The position numbers were made by a program, and so were the translations under genes. DNA of 64,000 nucleotides, taken from a candidate division Zixibacteria bacterium RBG_16_53_22 (lineage in GTDB: Bacteria; Zixibacteria; MSB-5A5; UBA10806). The DNA lies in NCBI GenBank assembly GCA_001775395.1, contig MEWP01000131.1, positions 16,350-80,349 of the forward strand, read 5' to 3'. Position 1 is the stretch's first letter. Each line of letters begins with the position of its first letter. Below the pieces are notes generated by a model that made no database searches, had not been told where the DNA came from, and saw only the letters and a list, made by a program, of their open reading frames with translations. Positions 1-9,720 of the stretch are shown one piece after another.

Positions 1-1
1 T

Positions 2-199
2 GCCGAGGCCTCCATGAAGGTCATGGCCCTGGAGGCGCTTGAAATTATCGAGGGAATACTCGATGGCAAGCGGGGTCATGCCGAGACCCTTTCGCCGCTT
101 TTCCGAAAGGCAGTCCTCAGGCCATATTTCACGAGATACATCATTATCTCATTGATATTAATAACCTTAGCGATAATCACCTTAGTTATCTTGCTTTGA
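2..199 (+). CDS. 3' end of a CDS entering from upstream (hypothetical, hydrophobic C-terminus)
   Basis: The reading frame is open from the window edge, with M at 14 and a stop at 197-199. The C-terminal 20 residues are strongly hydrophobic. No recognisable domain. Confidence 0.2.
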   Translation, partial: AEASMKVMALEALEIIEGILDGKRGHAETLSPLFRKAVLRPYFTRYIIISLILITLAIITLVILL

Positions 200-276
200 G
201 ATCGAATTTCGACTTCCCCCGTGCTCTAATTAAATTCTAAGTCAATCAGCCGATATATCTTAGCAGGAGGAGTATA

Positions 277-849
277 ATGACACGAGTACCTGCTGGGAGA
301 ACATCGTCGGTAAGGGCGTTGAATAAGAACTTCATTCTGCAAACCGAGTTCATCGCAAAGCCGCGATCGCGGATCGTTACCTCGGTGGCGCTGGATGGGC
401 AGATCATTCACAAGGTGGAGCGAACCTACGACAGCCAGATAGAAAACGACGAGGATTTGAGGCTGGCCGAGGCGGCGGTCGCCACGCAACATCAAAACCT
501 GGCCAAGAAAATGCAGACCAGCGGCGCTGATTTCATAAAACAGACGCGCTCCATAAAAATATCGGCTATCGACAGGTTGGCGCTGGTGCCGGGGGTTTCA
601 TCGGTAACCGATGTGGAAGAAAAGCTGAATTCGCCCAATGCCCACGCCATTTATGCTCAATCGAAATATATTTCGGACATAGCCGATGCCGTGACGCTTT
701 CCACAAAAATGGGCCCTCTGAAGATAGCTGCCATGATATCCGACCAGGGCAAATTCATACTGGCCAAGAGCGAGGGCAAACCGTTCATACTGACACTCAA
801 GCCCGATGCCGATATCCGCATGGTATTAAGCGAGGCAATTAAGGAATGA
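277..849 (+). CDS. Roadblock/LC7 (MglB-like) domain protein
   Basis: The C-terminal half (GPLKIAAMISDQGKFILAKSEGKPFILTLKPDADI) matches the roadblock fold pattern. Its stop overlaps the start of the next gene (ATGA). Confidence 0.45.
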   Translation: MTRVPAGRTSSVRALNKNFILQTEFIAKPRSRIVTSVALDGQIIHKVERTYDSQIENDEDLRLAEAAVATQHQNLAKKMQTSGADFIKQTRSIKISAIDRLALVPGVSSVTDVEEKLNSPNAHAIYAQSKYISDIADAVTLSTKMGPLKIAAMISDQGKFILAKSEGKPFILTLKPDADIRMVLSEAIKE

Positions 850-1583
850 ACAAGATATTATCGACAATCAGGTCAGTGCCAGGCGTCTGGGGCGCAATCG
901 CTATCGACAAAAAAAGGGCCCTGACTTACCAGTTGCTTCCTTCGACTTACGATGCCGAAATTGTCAAGAGTTTCGCCATACCGACATTGAACCTGGGCCG
1001 GACCTTCGAAAGAAATGTGATCATCGATTTCTTCTTCGAGAACGGCAAGGGACGCCTTTACAACCGGCCCGAGGCGGTCGTATTGGTGCTGGGGCGATTC
1101 GAGCTCGATTTCGACCTGCTGAATTCGATTTGCAAGGAGGCCGTGTCGGCAATCTGCCGTAGATTCGCCAGGGCCGAGGTGCACGATGGCGGAATCGTCA
1201 GCTCCGACGGTTCCAATGTCAGTTTCGAATTTCTGCTCAAAGCCGTCAATATTCTGGCCTCGAACGCGCAACAGAAAATTGGAGCGTATCTTGTCACGAA
1301 GCATTTAAGAAACGCCAAAGACAAACTGGTGGAAAAATACGATTTTCTCTCAACTCTCACGGTAGACAACAATGGTGTTGCGTATCTGATAAAGGGGTAT
1401 CCTCCGTATAAGGGCGACGATCTCCTGCAGGGATTCGCGCACTGGGCCAATCTTTTTATCTCAAACTGCGCCAAATCGACTGATAAGCTCGACGCCGCCG
1501 ATATACTCGAGCTGACGATCGAAATCAAGGATAAGCTCGAGATGACCGGCTTCTACCAGCTCTACGCAGATATAGGCTTGTAG
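846..1583 (+). CDS. Roadblock/LC7 domain protein (second, longer paralog)
   Basis: N-terminal IRSVPGVWGAIAIDKKRALTY resembles the roadblock motif (vpGvlgavlvd.dG). It is translationally coupled to the previous ORF. Confidence 0.45.
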   Translation: MNKILSTIRSVPGVWGAIAIDKKRALTYQLLPSTYDAEIVKSFAIPTLNLGRTFERNVIIDFFFENGKGRLYNRPEAVVLVLGRFELDFDLLNSICKEAVSAICRRFARAEVHDGGIVSSDGSNVSFEFLLKAVNILASNAQQKIGAYLVTKHLRNAKDKLVEKYDFLSTLTVDNNGVAYLIKGYPPYKGDDLLQGFAHWANLFISNCAKSTDKLDAADILELTIEIKDKLEMTGFYQLYADIGL

Positions 1584-1633
1584 ACAGACGATTCCTCATC
1601 CGGGAGTTCCGGCCGTACCGGCAAGTTCATTCT

Positions 1634-1665
1634 TGACATTCCGCGCTTATAAAATCTAATTATCC
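1634..1665 (+). promoter_or_regulatory. Putative sigma-70 promoter for the M16 peptidase operon
   Basis: TTGACA at 1634, followed about 18 nt later by TAATTA. A strong GGAGGA Shine-Dalgarno sits just before the ATG at 1701. Confidence 0.3.
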
Positions 1666-1700
1666 CCAATTGACTCAATTCCGAATGAAGTGGAGGAAGG

Positions 1701-3011
1701 ATGAAAGCATTTCTTTCGGCGGTCGTGTCGATATTCATTTCAGTATCGGCCGCCGCCGCCACCGAGACCACCATTTACACGCTTCCCAACGGCATGCAGG
1801 TTATACTCAGGGAAAATCACGCGTCGCCTTTGGTTTCATCGGTGGTGGTGGTCAGGGCTGGAAGCAAGTTCGAAACCGCTCAAAACAACGGATTCACGCA
1901 TCTGCTCGAGCACATGCTGTTCAACGGCACCGAGAAACGCACACGGGAGGAGTTTAACGAGGGAATCAAGGACCACGGGGGTTACATCAACGCTTTTACC
2001 CGGCAGGAGATGACCGGATACCTGATAGTAATACCGCGGGAGTTCATGGAATTCGGACTCGATATCCAGGCCGACCAGCTTTTCAACTCGATCCTGCCGG
2101 AAGCCGAGTTTCCGAAGGAGAGGGATATCGTAGTCGAGGAGATCAGGAAAGATAACGACAATGTGGAAAATGTCGCCCAGGATTTTTTTAACTCGGTGGT
2201 TTTTGCGGAGACACCATATGAGCGGCCGGTAATCGGGTATGAGAGCACAATCCGCAGCGTGACACGGGATGAAGTCATGGCATACTACAAGGCGCACTAT
2301 GTGCCCAATAACATGATCGCCCTTATAATCGGCGATTTCGAAACGCCCGAGATGAAAAAGCTGGTCGACCGATATTTCGGCAAGCCCTCAGCGGGGAATA
2401 TGCCGTTGTCACCCGATTTCCAGATCTCATTTCCTTTTGGACCCGAGATTAAGATCAAGCGCCATCCCCACGCCGAAAATACCTATATTCAGATTTCGTT
2501 TCCGGCGCCAGTCTACAGCGATCCGAATTTCTTCGCATTTGATGTCTTGAGCCAATACCTCAATTCCGGCGAATCATCTCCCCTGTCACAGGCTTTGACC
2601 GCAGGAGAAAGCCCGCTGGCCGGCGAGGTTTCAGTCGGCCTGGAAATGCAGAAAGAGTTCAGCCTGATGAACGTCTCTGTTAAGACGGATAAACCAGAGA
2701 ATGTCGAACCAATCTTGAAGAAAACACTCGAGGTGTTGCAAGGGTTGCCTGCTTATCGGTTCGGCCAGGAGGATATCCGCCGCGTGGTGGTGCCGAACAA
2801 GGTGAACGAGATCAGGCTCGAGGAAAAACTGCATTATTATGGTATCATGAAGGCGCCCTATCTGGCGACTTGCGGTTACGATTTCCTCGAAAATTATGTC
2901 GATCATTTGTCGGCTGTCACGCCTGAGCTGGTGGCCTCGGTAGCAGTCAGGTATTTTGCCGATCCCAAATATGTCGTCTGCGCTTTAGAGCCGGCGCCGG
3001 AGGTGGAGTGA
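1701..3011 (+). CDS. M16 family zinc metallopeptidase (insulinase-like), secreted, catalytic subunit
   Basis: Signal peptide, HLLEHMLFNGT (HxxEH zinc motif) and downstream NGFTH..EH. Length 436 aa. Confidence 0.85.
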   Translation: MKAFLSAVVSIFISVSAAAATETTIYTLPNGMQVILRENHASPLVSSVVVVRAGSKFETAQNNGFTHLLEHMLFNGTEKRTREEFNEGIKDHGGYINAFTRQEMTGYLIVIPREFMEFGLDIQADQLFNSILPEAEFPKERDIVVEEIRKDNDNVENVAQDFFNSVVFAETPYERPVIGYESTIRSVTRDEVMAYYKAHYVPNNMIALIIGDFETPEMKKLVDRYFGKPSAGNMPLSPDFQISFPFGPEIKIKRHPHAENTYIQISFPAPVYSDPNFFAFDVLSQYLNSGESSPLSQALTAGESPLAGEVSVGLEMQKEFSLMNVSVKTDKPENVEPILKKTLEVLQGLPAYRFGQEDIRRVVVPNKVNEIRLEEKLHYYGIMKAPYLATCGYDFLENYVDHLSAVTPELVASVAVRYFADPKYVVCALEPAPEVE

Positions 3012-4381
3012 TGATTAAGACAAGAATGCTCAAATTGCCTGGCCTTACGGCGCTCGCCGCATCTGCAATTTGGATTGCGGGAATGCCAACCGATTTGCAG
3101 GCGCAGGCCAATGATAAATACAGCAAATTCGTGCATGAGGTTCTTCCCAATGGCCTCGATTTGATAATCAGCCACAACCCCGATAGTCGGGTATTCGCGA
3201 TAAATATACTCGCTAAGAATCGGGCCGCCAATGAGCCCGAGGGCAAGACGGGAATCACCGATTTTGTCAACCGTATGCTGGCGCTGGGCGCCGACAGCAT
3301 GAACGCCGAGCAGATACAAAACAGGCTCGATGATATCGGCGCGGAGCTGACAACAAACGATAACCCTTATATACCCTACGACGACAGATATACCTCGCGC
3401 TCGTTCTCGTTTATCAAGTTCGAAACAATCGACGAGTACGCCGAGCAGGGAACCAAACTGCTCTTTGACATCGTTGCCAGAGCCCAATTCCCCGAATCCG
3501 AAATCGGCAAGACCAAGAAGAAGGTTATGGGCATACTGGGAATGTCATCGGGTTCCACTTACCAGGTTTGCCGCGACCTGATGTACAAAAACCTGTTCAA
3601 GGGACATCCGTTCGGCAACCCGGTTATGGGCTCCATGGAGACGGTGGGCTCATTCATGCGGGAGGACCTGGTTGCTCACCATAGGCATTTCTACGCCCCC
3701 AATAACATGATCATGGCCGTGGCCACCAACCTCGATCCGGAGATTGTCAAGGCTTGGGTCTATTTGACGTTCGGTACAATGCTTGGTGATAGTACTCCTT
3801 ATGCAAATGGCCAGTCGGTCGAGAAGCCTAAAGGTATCGTAACCGCTCATCAGGAGATGGACAAAGAGCAGGTCTACATCTATATGGGGATGATAACTCC
3901 GGGCCTGAAATCGCCGGACGCGCCCGCTATTCATATGGCCTCGACTATAATATCGTCGCGCATGGGCCTGAATCTTCGGGAAAAGCAGGGCCTGGCCTAT
4001 TCCGTAGGCATGGGCGTGGAATTCATGCCCGATTATGGCTGGGCCGTAGCCGACATGGGCACCGGATTTAAGAACATGGAGATTGCCCAGCGAGGAATGG
4101 TGGAACGGATCAATAGCATCAAGAATGAGGCGCCATCCGAGAAGGAGCTTCAAAAAGCGCAGAACTCCACCTGGGGCTCGATGCTTCTGGCGCGGGCCTC
4201 GCGTATCAACCAGGCGTTCTACATGTGCAAAAATCAATTCCTCGGTGCCGGATACGATTACGAAAACGATTACCTGACCAAAGTCCGAAAAGTCAAACCG
4301 CAGGATGTTCAGCGCGTGGCGAAGGCATATTTCGATACCGGCAATATGGTCGTGGCAACCGTGGGAAAGCGGGGACAATAG
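3008..4381 (+). CDS. M16 family peptidase-like protein lacking HxxEH (non-catalytic partner)
   Basis: Signal peptide and M16-like architecture. It overlaps the upstream gene (GTGATGA). No HxxEH is present (GITDFVNRMLALG sits at the equivalent position). Confidence 0.75.
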   Translation: MMIKTRMLKLPGLTALAASAIWIAGMPTDLQAQANDKYSKFVHEVLPNGLDLIISHNPDSRVFAINILAKNRAANEPEGKTGITDFVNRMLALGADSMNAEQIQNRLDDIGAELTTNDNPYIPYDDRYTSRSFSFIKFETIDEYAEQGTKLLFDIVARAQFPESEIGKTKKKVMGILGMSSGSTYQVCRDLMYKNLFKGHPFGNPVMGSMETVGSFMREDLVAHHRHFYAPNNMIMAVATNLDPEIVKAWVYLTFGTMLGDSTPYANGQSVEKPKGIVTAHQEMDKEQVYIYMGMITPGLKSPDAPAIHMASTIISSRMGLNLREKQGLAYSVGMGVEFMPDYGWAVADMGTGFKNMEIAQRGMVERINSIKNEAPSEKELQKAQNSTWGSMLLARASRINQAFYMCKNQFLGAGYDYENDYLTKVRKVKPQDVQRVAKAYFDTGNMVVATVGKRGQ

Positions 4382-4431
4382 CATCCGCCATACAACAAAA
4401 TCAGAATTGCGGTAGCGATAACAAAATTTAG

Positions 4432-4740
4432 GGGCGTTCAAATGAACACCCCTACAGAATGAAATTTCCACTTTGGGGGTGGCGTCAGGTCTTCAGACCT
4501 GACGCTCAGCCTGTTGACAAAATGGCTATGATGAGGAAAAATCTCGATACTCGGAAATGACAATTCTGCATGTTGTAGGGGCGTATCGCCATACGCCCCT
4601 ACATTAAATTACCCGACACCTCAACTCAATTTATTACCGATTTGCCATCAACCTCGGCGTCAGGTCTTCAGACCTGACGCTTTTTTTTGCGTGGCGTCGT
4701 ATCGCCTTTCAGCTGAGGTCGAGGTCTCTCGAGACCTGAC
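4432..4740. repeat. Cluster of short palindromic hairpin repeats; two copies are identical 26-mers
   Basis: ggcgtcaggtcttcagacctgacgct occurs identically at 4481-4506 and 4656-4681. Related hairpins are aggtctctcgagacct (4718-4733), gtaggggcgtatcgccatacgcccctac (4574-4601, 12-bp stem) and aggggcgttcaaatgaacacccct (4434-4457). Confidence 0.55.
4657..4688 (+). terminator. Rho-independent terminator (11-bp stem plus T8)
   Basis: gcgtcaggtct-tc-agacctgacgc followed by tttttttt. Confidence 0.6.
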
Positions 4741-4761
4741 CCGACGCTTTTCTTCTCATCA

Positions 4762-4786
4762 ACAAAAAAACCGGGGACCACCCCGC
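4762..4786 (-). terminator. Rho-independent terminator downstream of the icd/leuB-family gene
   Basis: On the minus strand: cggggtggtccccgg followed by TTTTTTTT. It lies about 65 nt after the stop at 4852. Confidence 0.6.
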
Positions 4787-4851
4787 ACTCGCCCAAGACT
4801 CGGCAGGGGTAAACAGGGGTCCCGGGCTACAAACAATATCAAGAATCGATT

Positions 4852-5976
4852 TTACATCTTCCCCACCACGGCCTGGGCTATTTCCAGCGTGGTGTTCTGG
4901 CCGCCCATATCATACGTGCGGACCTTCCCCTCGCGGATAACGGCGGCAATGGCGTCTTCCAGCGATTCGGCAGCCGAGGTCTCGCCCAGCCAGTCGAGCA
5001 TGAGCTTGACTGTCAAGAGCGTGGCCATGGGGTTGACCTTGTACATGCCGGAATATTTCGGGGCGCTGCCATGTGTCGGCTCGAACACGGCGTAGTTGTC
5101 GCCGATATTGCCCGAACTGGCGAAACCCAGGCCTCCGACCAACTGCGCCGCCAGGTCGGAGATGATATCGCCGAACATGTTCGAGGTCACCAGCACCGAG
5201 TAATCCTGCGGATTCTTTAATAGCCACATGCACATGGCATCGATATTGGCCTCATAAAACCGAATACCCGGATAATTCTTGGCTACCTCGCGGGCGGTGC
5301 GAACGAACAGCCCCGAGGTTTCCCTCAGCACGTTGGGTTTTTCCACCACGGTAACGCTTGGCTTGCCGTGCTTTTTGGCGTATTCGAAAGCGTCGGTGAC
5401 GATGTTGCGGCTGGCCCGCTTGGTGATGATGCGCAGCGATATGGCCATTTCGTTGGCCGGAGTGCTCGAAAAGCGTTTCATCTTCGCGTTGTTCTTCTCC
5501 GTCGCCTGCCGGAAATCATCGGGCACGGGGAAGAATTCGACCCCCGAATATAGGTCCTCGGTGTTTTCTCGAAATACGGTCAGGTCGATATCATCGCGGT
5601 AATTGAGAGGATTCCCGGGATAGGCCTTGCACGGCCTCAAGTTGGTGCGCAGGTCGAACATTTGGCGGAGTTTCACGATAGGCGAAGCATACGCGATGCT
5701 TTTTCCGCGCAGTTCGGAAGCCAACTCCGCCTCGGCCTCCTCCTTCGGCTTGGAGGTTATGGCGCCGAAGAGAGCGCAGGTCGTGTTCTTGAGGATATTG
5801 ATGGTCCGATCCGGGAGAGGATTCCCCTCCTTGCGCCAGTTTTCCCAGCCGATTTCGGCCGGAATATATTCAGCATCGAGTTTGATCTTATCCAGAACAA
5901 TTTTGGCGGCGTCCAAAACATCATTGCCAACACCATCGCCAGGCATCCAGGCGATCTTGTATTTAGCCATCTCCAA
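4852..5976 (-). CDS. Isocitrate/3-isopropylmalate dehydrogenase family protein (probably NAD(P)-dependent)
   Basis: N-terminal [13 protein letters not shown] glycine-rich motif, 374 aa, and family-typical C-terminal [17 protein letters not shown]. It is a stand-alone gene with no leu neighbours. Confidence 0.8.
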   Translation of the reverse strand: MEMAKYKIAWMPGDGVGNDVLDAAKIVLDKIKLDAEYIPAEIGWENWRKEGNPLPDRTINILKNTTCALFGAITSKPKEEAEAELASELRGKSIAYASPIVKLRQMFDLRTNLRPCKAYPGNPLNYRDDIDLTVFRENTEDLYSGVEFFPVPDDFRQATEKNNAKMKRFSSTPANEMAISLRIITKRASRNIVTDAFEYAKKHGKPSVTVVEKPNVLRETSGLFVRTAREVAKNYPGIRFYEANIDAMCMWLLKNPQDYSVLVTSNMFGDIISDLAAQLVGGLGFASSGNIGDNYAVFEPTHGSAPKYSGMYKVNPMATLLTVKLMLDWLGETSAAESLEDAIAAVIREGKVRTYDMGGQNTTLEIAQAVVGKM

Positions 5977-6315
5977 CTCCTTTTTACGATTTCTTTCGAA
6001 TTTGCTGGCCTAAATCTATCAATAGGAATTGGCTGAGCAAGCAAAAAGTGTGTGACGATCACCTGGCCTTTATCGTCAGCCGGCTACAGAATAATATTGG
6101 CTTCCAGACTTCAGAAGTTGTCACATGGTCCGTGGTATGCCAAAGACAAGGCGCTGATTGAGGAAAGCCGGGCCCACGCAAAATACGTACCCTGTCCTCT
6201 ATATGAGAGGCATAAAGCGTCGTCTCTCAACGCGAATTGGACAGCTTAAGCACAACGTGATGAGGACTTCTGAAGCCTGCTATTTATTCTCAGAGTGCAG
6301 CAGGTGCAGGGAGGC

Positions 6316-7227
6316 TTACAACCGTATGCGCAGGGTTAAACGGTGCGTGTCGCTGAAATCATTTTTCGAGGGTACATAGGCATAGTCGAAGAAATAAGCC
6401 CTGAACGATATTCCTCCACCGATCGAGAATCCGCGCGAATCATAGTTAATGCCATAACCCGCGCGAAGGGAAAACATGTCTTGATAAATGTACTCTCCGC
6501 CGAGATTGAATTTATTGCTCTTATTCCCCCAATGTGGGATTACATAATCGCCGGAGAAAATGATCCCCCGCAGCCGCGAATCTTCCATGGGACTGCAGGA
6601 TGCGCCAATGCGGACCTCGCGGGGCAAGTCAAATGGCTTGTCGATGAATTTTGGCCTGGTGCCCAAATTTCGAACCGACATTCCCAGGGCCAACTCCGGC
6701 AACGGCATGTAAATGGCGCCAAGATCGATTGCGAAAGCCGAGGCGCTTTCGATGTCGAGTTTCTGATAGGCCCACTTGAGCGAATTGCCAAGCGACAGCC
6801 TGTCGCCGAACGGGCGCGCCAAAAATACCGAAAGAGTGAAATTGTGATCATCGAACGTGCCAAGCGGCTCGCTCGATGGGTTCGAATCGCGACGCTCGAT
6901 ATCGCTGGTCTGGCCGAGATAAAGCCCCAGGCCGAACCTTAAATCGCCCGATCGCGTAATGGCCGAAAAATGCTCCATCGAGGCATCGGTAAGATATGAA
7001 ACATGCATGAGCGAAATCTCGCTGCTCTGCATATGTGCCGCCGAGGCGGGATTGAAATAAGGCGCGCCGGCGTCTCCGGACACGGCCGTGAAAGCCTCCC
7101 CCATGGCCGCAGCTCGGGAGCCCGAGCCGATCAACATGAAAAGAAACGAGCCGGATTCGGACTGGGCGTATGACATGCCGTAGCCCAGGACAACAATGAC
7201 AATGGCGATCGCTGATTTGTGCATCAT
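6316..7227 (-). CDS. PorV/PorQ-like (FadL-like) outer-membrane beta-barrel protein, T9SS-associated, paralog 2
   Basis: Signal peptide and N-proximal motif SRAAAMGEAFTAVSGDAGAPYFNPAS. The C-terminus ends in an aromatic residue. Confidence 0.5.
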   Translation of the reverse strand: MMHKSAIAIVIVVLGYGMSYAQSESGSFLFMLIGSGSRAAAMGEAFTAVSGDAGAPYFNPASAAHMQSSEISLMHVSYLTDASMEHFSAITRSGDLRFGLGLYLGQTSDIERRDSNPSSEPLGTFDDHNFTLSVFLARPFGDRLSLGNSLKWAYQKLDIESASAFAIDLGAIYMPLPELALGMSVRNLGTRPKFIDKPFDLPREVRIGASCSPMEDSRLRGIIFSGDYVIPHWGNKSNKFNLGGEYIYQDMFSLRAGYGINYDSRGFSIGGGISFRAYFFDYAYVPSKNDFSDTHRLTLRIRL

Positions 7228-8216
7228 TAGAATCCCAATTTAAGGGCAAATAGATGCCCGTCCGACGTGCCGTGCTGACCTATCAAATATGCATACTCTA
7301 TGGCGGCCGACCGGTCCCCTTTGAGGTACGCCAGCGATCCCCCGAAAGTGGGGCTGCCCCGGTCGATTCCGATTCTCAGCCCGGCCCAACGCTTGTGCAT
7401 CTCGACCTCGTTAAACTTGCCCTCCTCGTATTCGTCCTCCACGAGTTGGATAACTTTCCTGGTGAACCAATATTCGGCGCCGGCCCTGAACAGCGTCCCG
7501 GTCTTGTCGCTTTTTTCGAAATCGACAGCCGGAATGACCCTGCCGTCAAGCAGATTGCCCGCCAGACCGAATTTGAATATCACCGGGTATTTCTCCTCGT
7601 AGGTTGTGCCATCGCCCCAATAAGCATTGGTGTCCCACCTGTAGGTGGAACCGAGGTTCTGAACCACACCGCCGAGCGAAATGAGCTCCCTGTAACGGAA
7701 TAAAAATCCGGCATCGACACCGATGGTGAAAACATCCAGCTCATCGAGCTTCTCCTGGAGATATCGCAGGCTGGCCCCGAGTGCGGCCGAACCATTGATC
7801 GCCTTGCCGAATGACAGAGTAAAAGCATTTTGATTGTTGTTGATATTGCCAATAATCTGCTGCGATGAGCCGCGGCCCACTATATCCGATACGCCGGCAT
7901 TGACCCAACTGGCGGCCATGACAGCCTCGCTCCTGATCGGAAATGAGATAGCGATGTGGCCGAGGTGCCGATCCAGCGAGAGGGCCTTATAGCTGAGACT
8001 GGTCCCCAGACGCATTTCGAATCCCAGCCCGGCGGGATTGAAGTAGGTGGCCTCGGGCCCCTCGGCAATTGCGGTGAAGGCCCCGCCCATCCCAAGCGGC
8101 CTGGCTCCGACTCCACTTCGCATGAAGGCGCCCGAATAGCCGGCGTCACCCTCACCGGCCATGGCGCAGGAGGCGGAAAACATAAGAACCGATATTATGC
8201 CAGCAAGTTTGTTCAT
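7227..8216 (-). CDS. PorV/PorQ-like (FadL-like) outer-membrane beta-barrel protein, T9SS-associated, paralog 1
   Basis: Signal peptide and GARPLGMGGAFTAIAEGPEATYFNPAGLG motif. The terminal F is typical of outer-membrane proteins. Its stop overlaps the start of paralog 2. Confidence 0.5.
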   Translation of the reverse strand: MNKLAGIISVLMFSASCAMAGEGDAGYSGAFMRSGVGARPLGMGGAFTAIAEGPEATYFNPAGLGFEMRLGTSLSYKALSLDRHLGHIAISFPIRSEAVMAASWVNAGVSDIVGRGSSQQIIGNINNNQNAFTLSFGKAINGSAALGASLRYLQEKLDELDVFTIGVDAGFLFRYRELISLGGVVQNLGSTYRWDTNAYWGDGTTYEEKYPVIFKFGLAGNLLDGRVIPAVDFEKSDKTGTLFRAGAEYWFTRKVIQLVEDEYEEGKFNEVEMHKRWAGLRIGIDRGSPTFGGSLAYLKGDRSAAIEYAYLIGQHGTSDGHLFALKLGF

Positions 8217-9715
8217 TTGATCACCACGACCTTTCCCCAGAGGTCCTCGCCGTAATCGAGCTCCACGCGGTAGAAATAAATCCCGTTGGCGACTATCTTT
8301 CCCTTATCATTGGTGCCGTCCCAGACAATGTCATCCGATTCAACGCCTCCGATTCTATCACGATCGACTGCAACCGTCTTTACCAACTCAAGATTGAAAT
8401 CGTAGATTTTCACCGATGCCCTGGTATTTCTATCCGGCCTGAAATGGACCGTCGAGCCTTTCCTGGTGGAATGATACGGAGAGAATGGGGATGGATAAGC
8501 ATAATGATTGGCAGGATCGAGTTGAGAGCGATATACCCGCCATTCTCCGTCAGATCGGCGCGCGGCGCCATCCGAGCCGCCGGCCCAGACGATATCACCG
8601 ACGACGTCGACTGCGTAAAATGGCGCGTTGTCCTGGTAAAAGGTCTGCCTTTGGGGATCACGGAGACCGGACAGAAGGGTCCAGGAGCTGTAATCGCCGT
8701 TAGATTGATAGAGCCCGAAACTGGTGGCGACATATACCGTATCGCCATTGAAGGCGAAATCCCAGGCCTCGACATCGGGATTATCCGATGGACCAATGAT
8801 ATTGGCTATATGCCAGGTCGCGCCGTCGTCCGTGGTGTAAGCCACTCGTCTCTCCTCCCCCGAAACGACTGCCCGACAAGCGGCCCATACCGTCTTGACA
8901 GTGTCGATCAAATTAATTCCCAGGGCCACCACGTGGTTTCCGGGAAGCTTGAGGGAATCGGGCAAAGTCGTGTCGGATACCGAGAAGGCGTACTGCTCGA
9001 TTGAATCCGGGTAAGTATGAAAGGCGCCAGTGATAGTATCGGCATAGAAGAAAAATCTATATATCCCCCTGGCGGCGCCGCCCCAAACCGAGAAGATATC
9101 CGGGAAATCGGTGGTATCCGTTTTGACAGAGAAAAAGCGATTGCCGAGGCTTCGAAATACGCTTCCATCAAAATCGGCGGAATCGGTGTTGACACTATCA
9201 AGCTGCGTGGGAAACAAGTTGGTCCAGGTGACACCCCAGTCCGTGGAACGGATGAGGCCGCCATAAAAGCAGGCGCCGAAAGCCAGCGAATCATGAAGCG
9301 ACAGGTCGTAGGCAAGCATGCCGACCCGGGTGGCCTGCATCGGCTGTCTATTAATCCAAACCGAATCGGGACGCCCCAAAAAGGAAATCCCATCTCCTTC
9401 GGGATACTCATCGCCCTGGAATTCGCGCGAGTGCGAGGTAGCGACCCAGACAGCCCGATCGTTGGCCGAGAGAGCCGAGACCTCGTCGGCCGCAAGGGGC
9501 TCGTGGCCATAGGTGGTCCAGGTAGCTCCACTGTCGCTGGTGGCTGAGGCGCCCCCGCCTGTGCCGAGCCAAATGGATGTGGAATCGTGGTCGATATCGA
9601 TTACGGAGTTGGATGTCATACCGGTCCGCCCGCCCTGGACAGTCATCTCGATTTCGGCATGCGCCAGGCCCACGAGGGAAAGCGGCAGGAATAAAGCGAG
9701 GAGTTTTCTCATCAC
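8213..9715 (-). CDS. Secreted BNR/Asp-box repeat protein with a T9SS C-terminal sorting domain (type A)
   Basis: Signal peptide and SxDxGxTW repeats (SDSGATWT, STDWGVTWT, TDDGATWH). The roughly 70-aa C-terminus (KIYDFNLELVKTV...GIYFYRVE...VVVIK) is typical of a Por secretion tail. Confidence 0.65.
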   Translation of the reverse strand: MMRKLLALFLPLSLVGLAHAEIEMTVQGGRTGMTSNSVIDIDHDSTSIWLGTGGGASATSDSGATWTTYGHEPLAADEVSALSANDRAVWVATSHSREFQGDEYPEGDGISFLGRPDSVWINRQPMQATRVGMLAYDLSLHDSLAFGACFYGGLIRSTDWGVTWTNLFPTQLDSVNTDSADFDGSVFRSLGNRFFSVKTDTTDFPDIFSVWGGAARGIYRFFFYADTITGAFHTYPDSIEQYAFSVSDTTLPDSLKLPGNHVVALGINLIDTVKTVWAACRAVVSGEERRVAYTTDDGATWHIANIIGPSDNPDVEAWDFAFNGDTVYVATSFGLYQSNGDYSSWTLLSGLRDPQRQTFYQDNAPFYAVDVVGDIVWAGGSDGAARRSDGEWRVYRSQLDPANHYAYPSPFSPYHSTRKGSTVHFRPDRNTRASVKIYDFNLELVKTVAVDRDRIGGVESDDIVWDGTNDKGKIVANGIYFYRVELDYGEDLWGKVVVIK

Positions 9716-9720
9716 GACCT

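Noticed and set aside
873-1528. ORFs 873..1304(-) and 1058..1528(-) antisense to the second roadblock gene
   Set aside because: They are fully embedded antisense in a better-supported plus-strand gene. They have no motifs and an Arg/Ser-rich composition typical of GC-frame artefacts.
4514-4545. Sigma-70 promoter from the TTGACA at 4514
   Set aside because: There is no acceptable -10 hexamer at 16-18 nt spacing (the best is AAAAAT). It is kept only as a weak possibility within the sRNA hypothesis.
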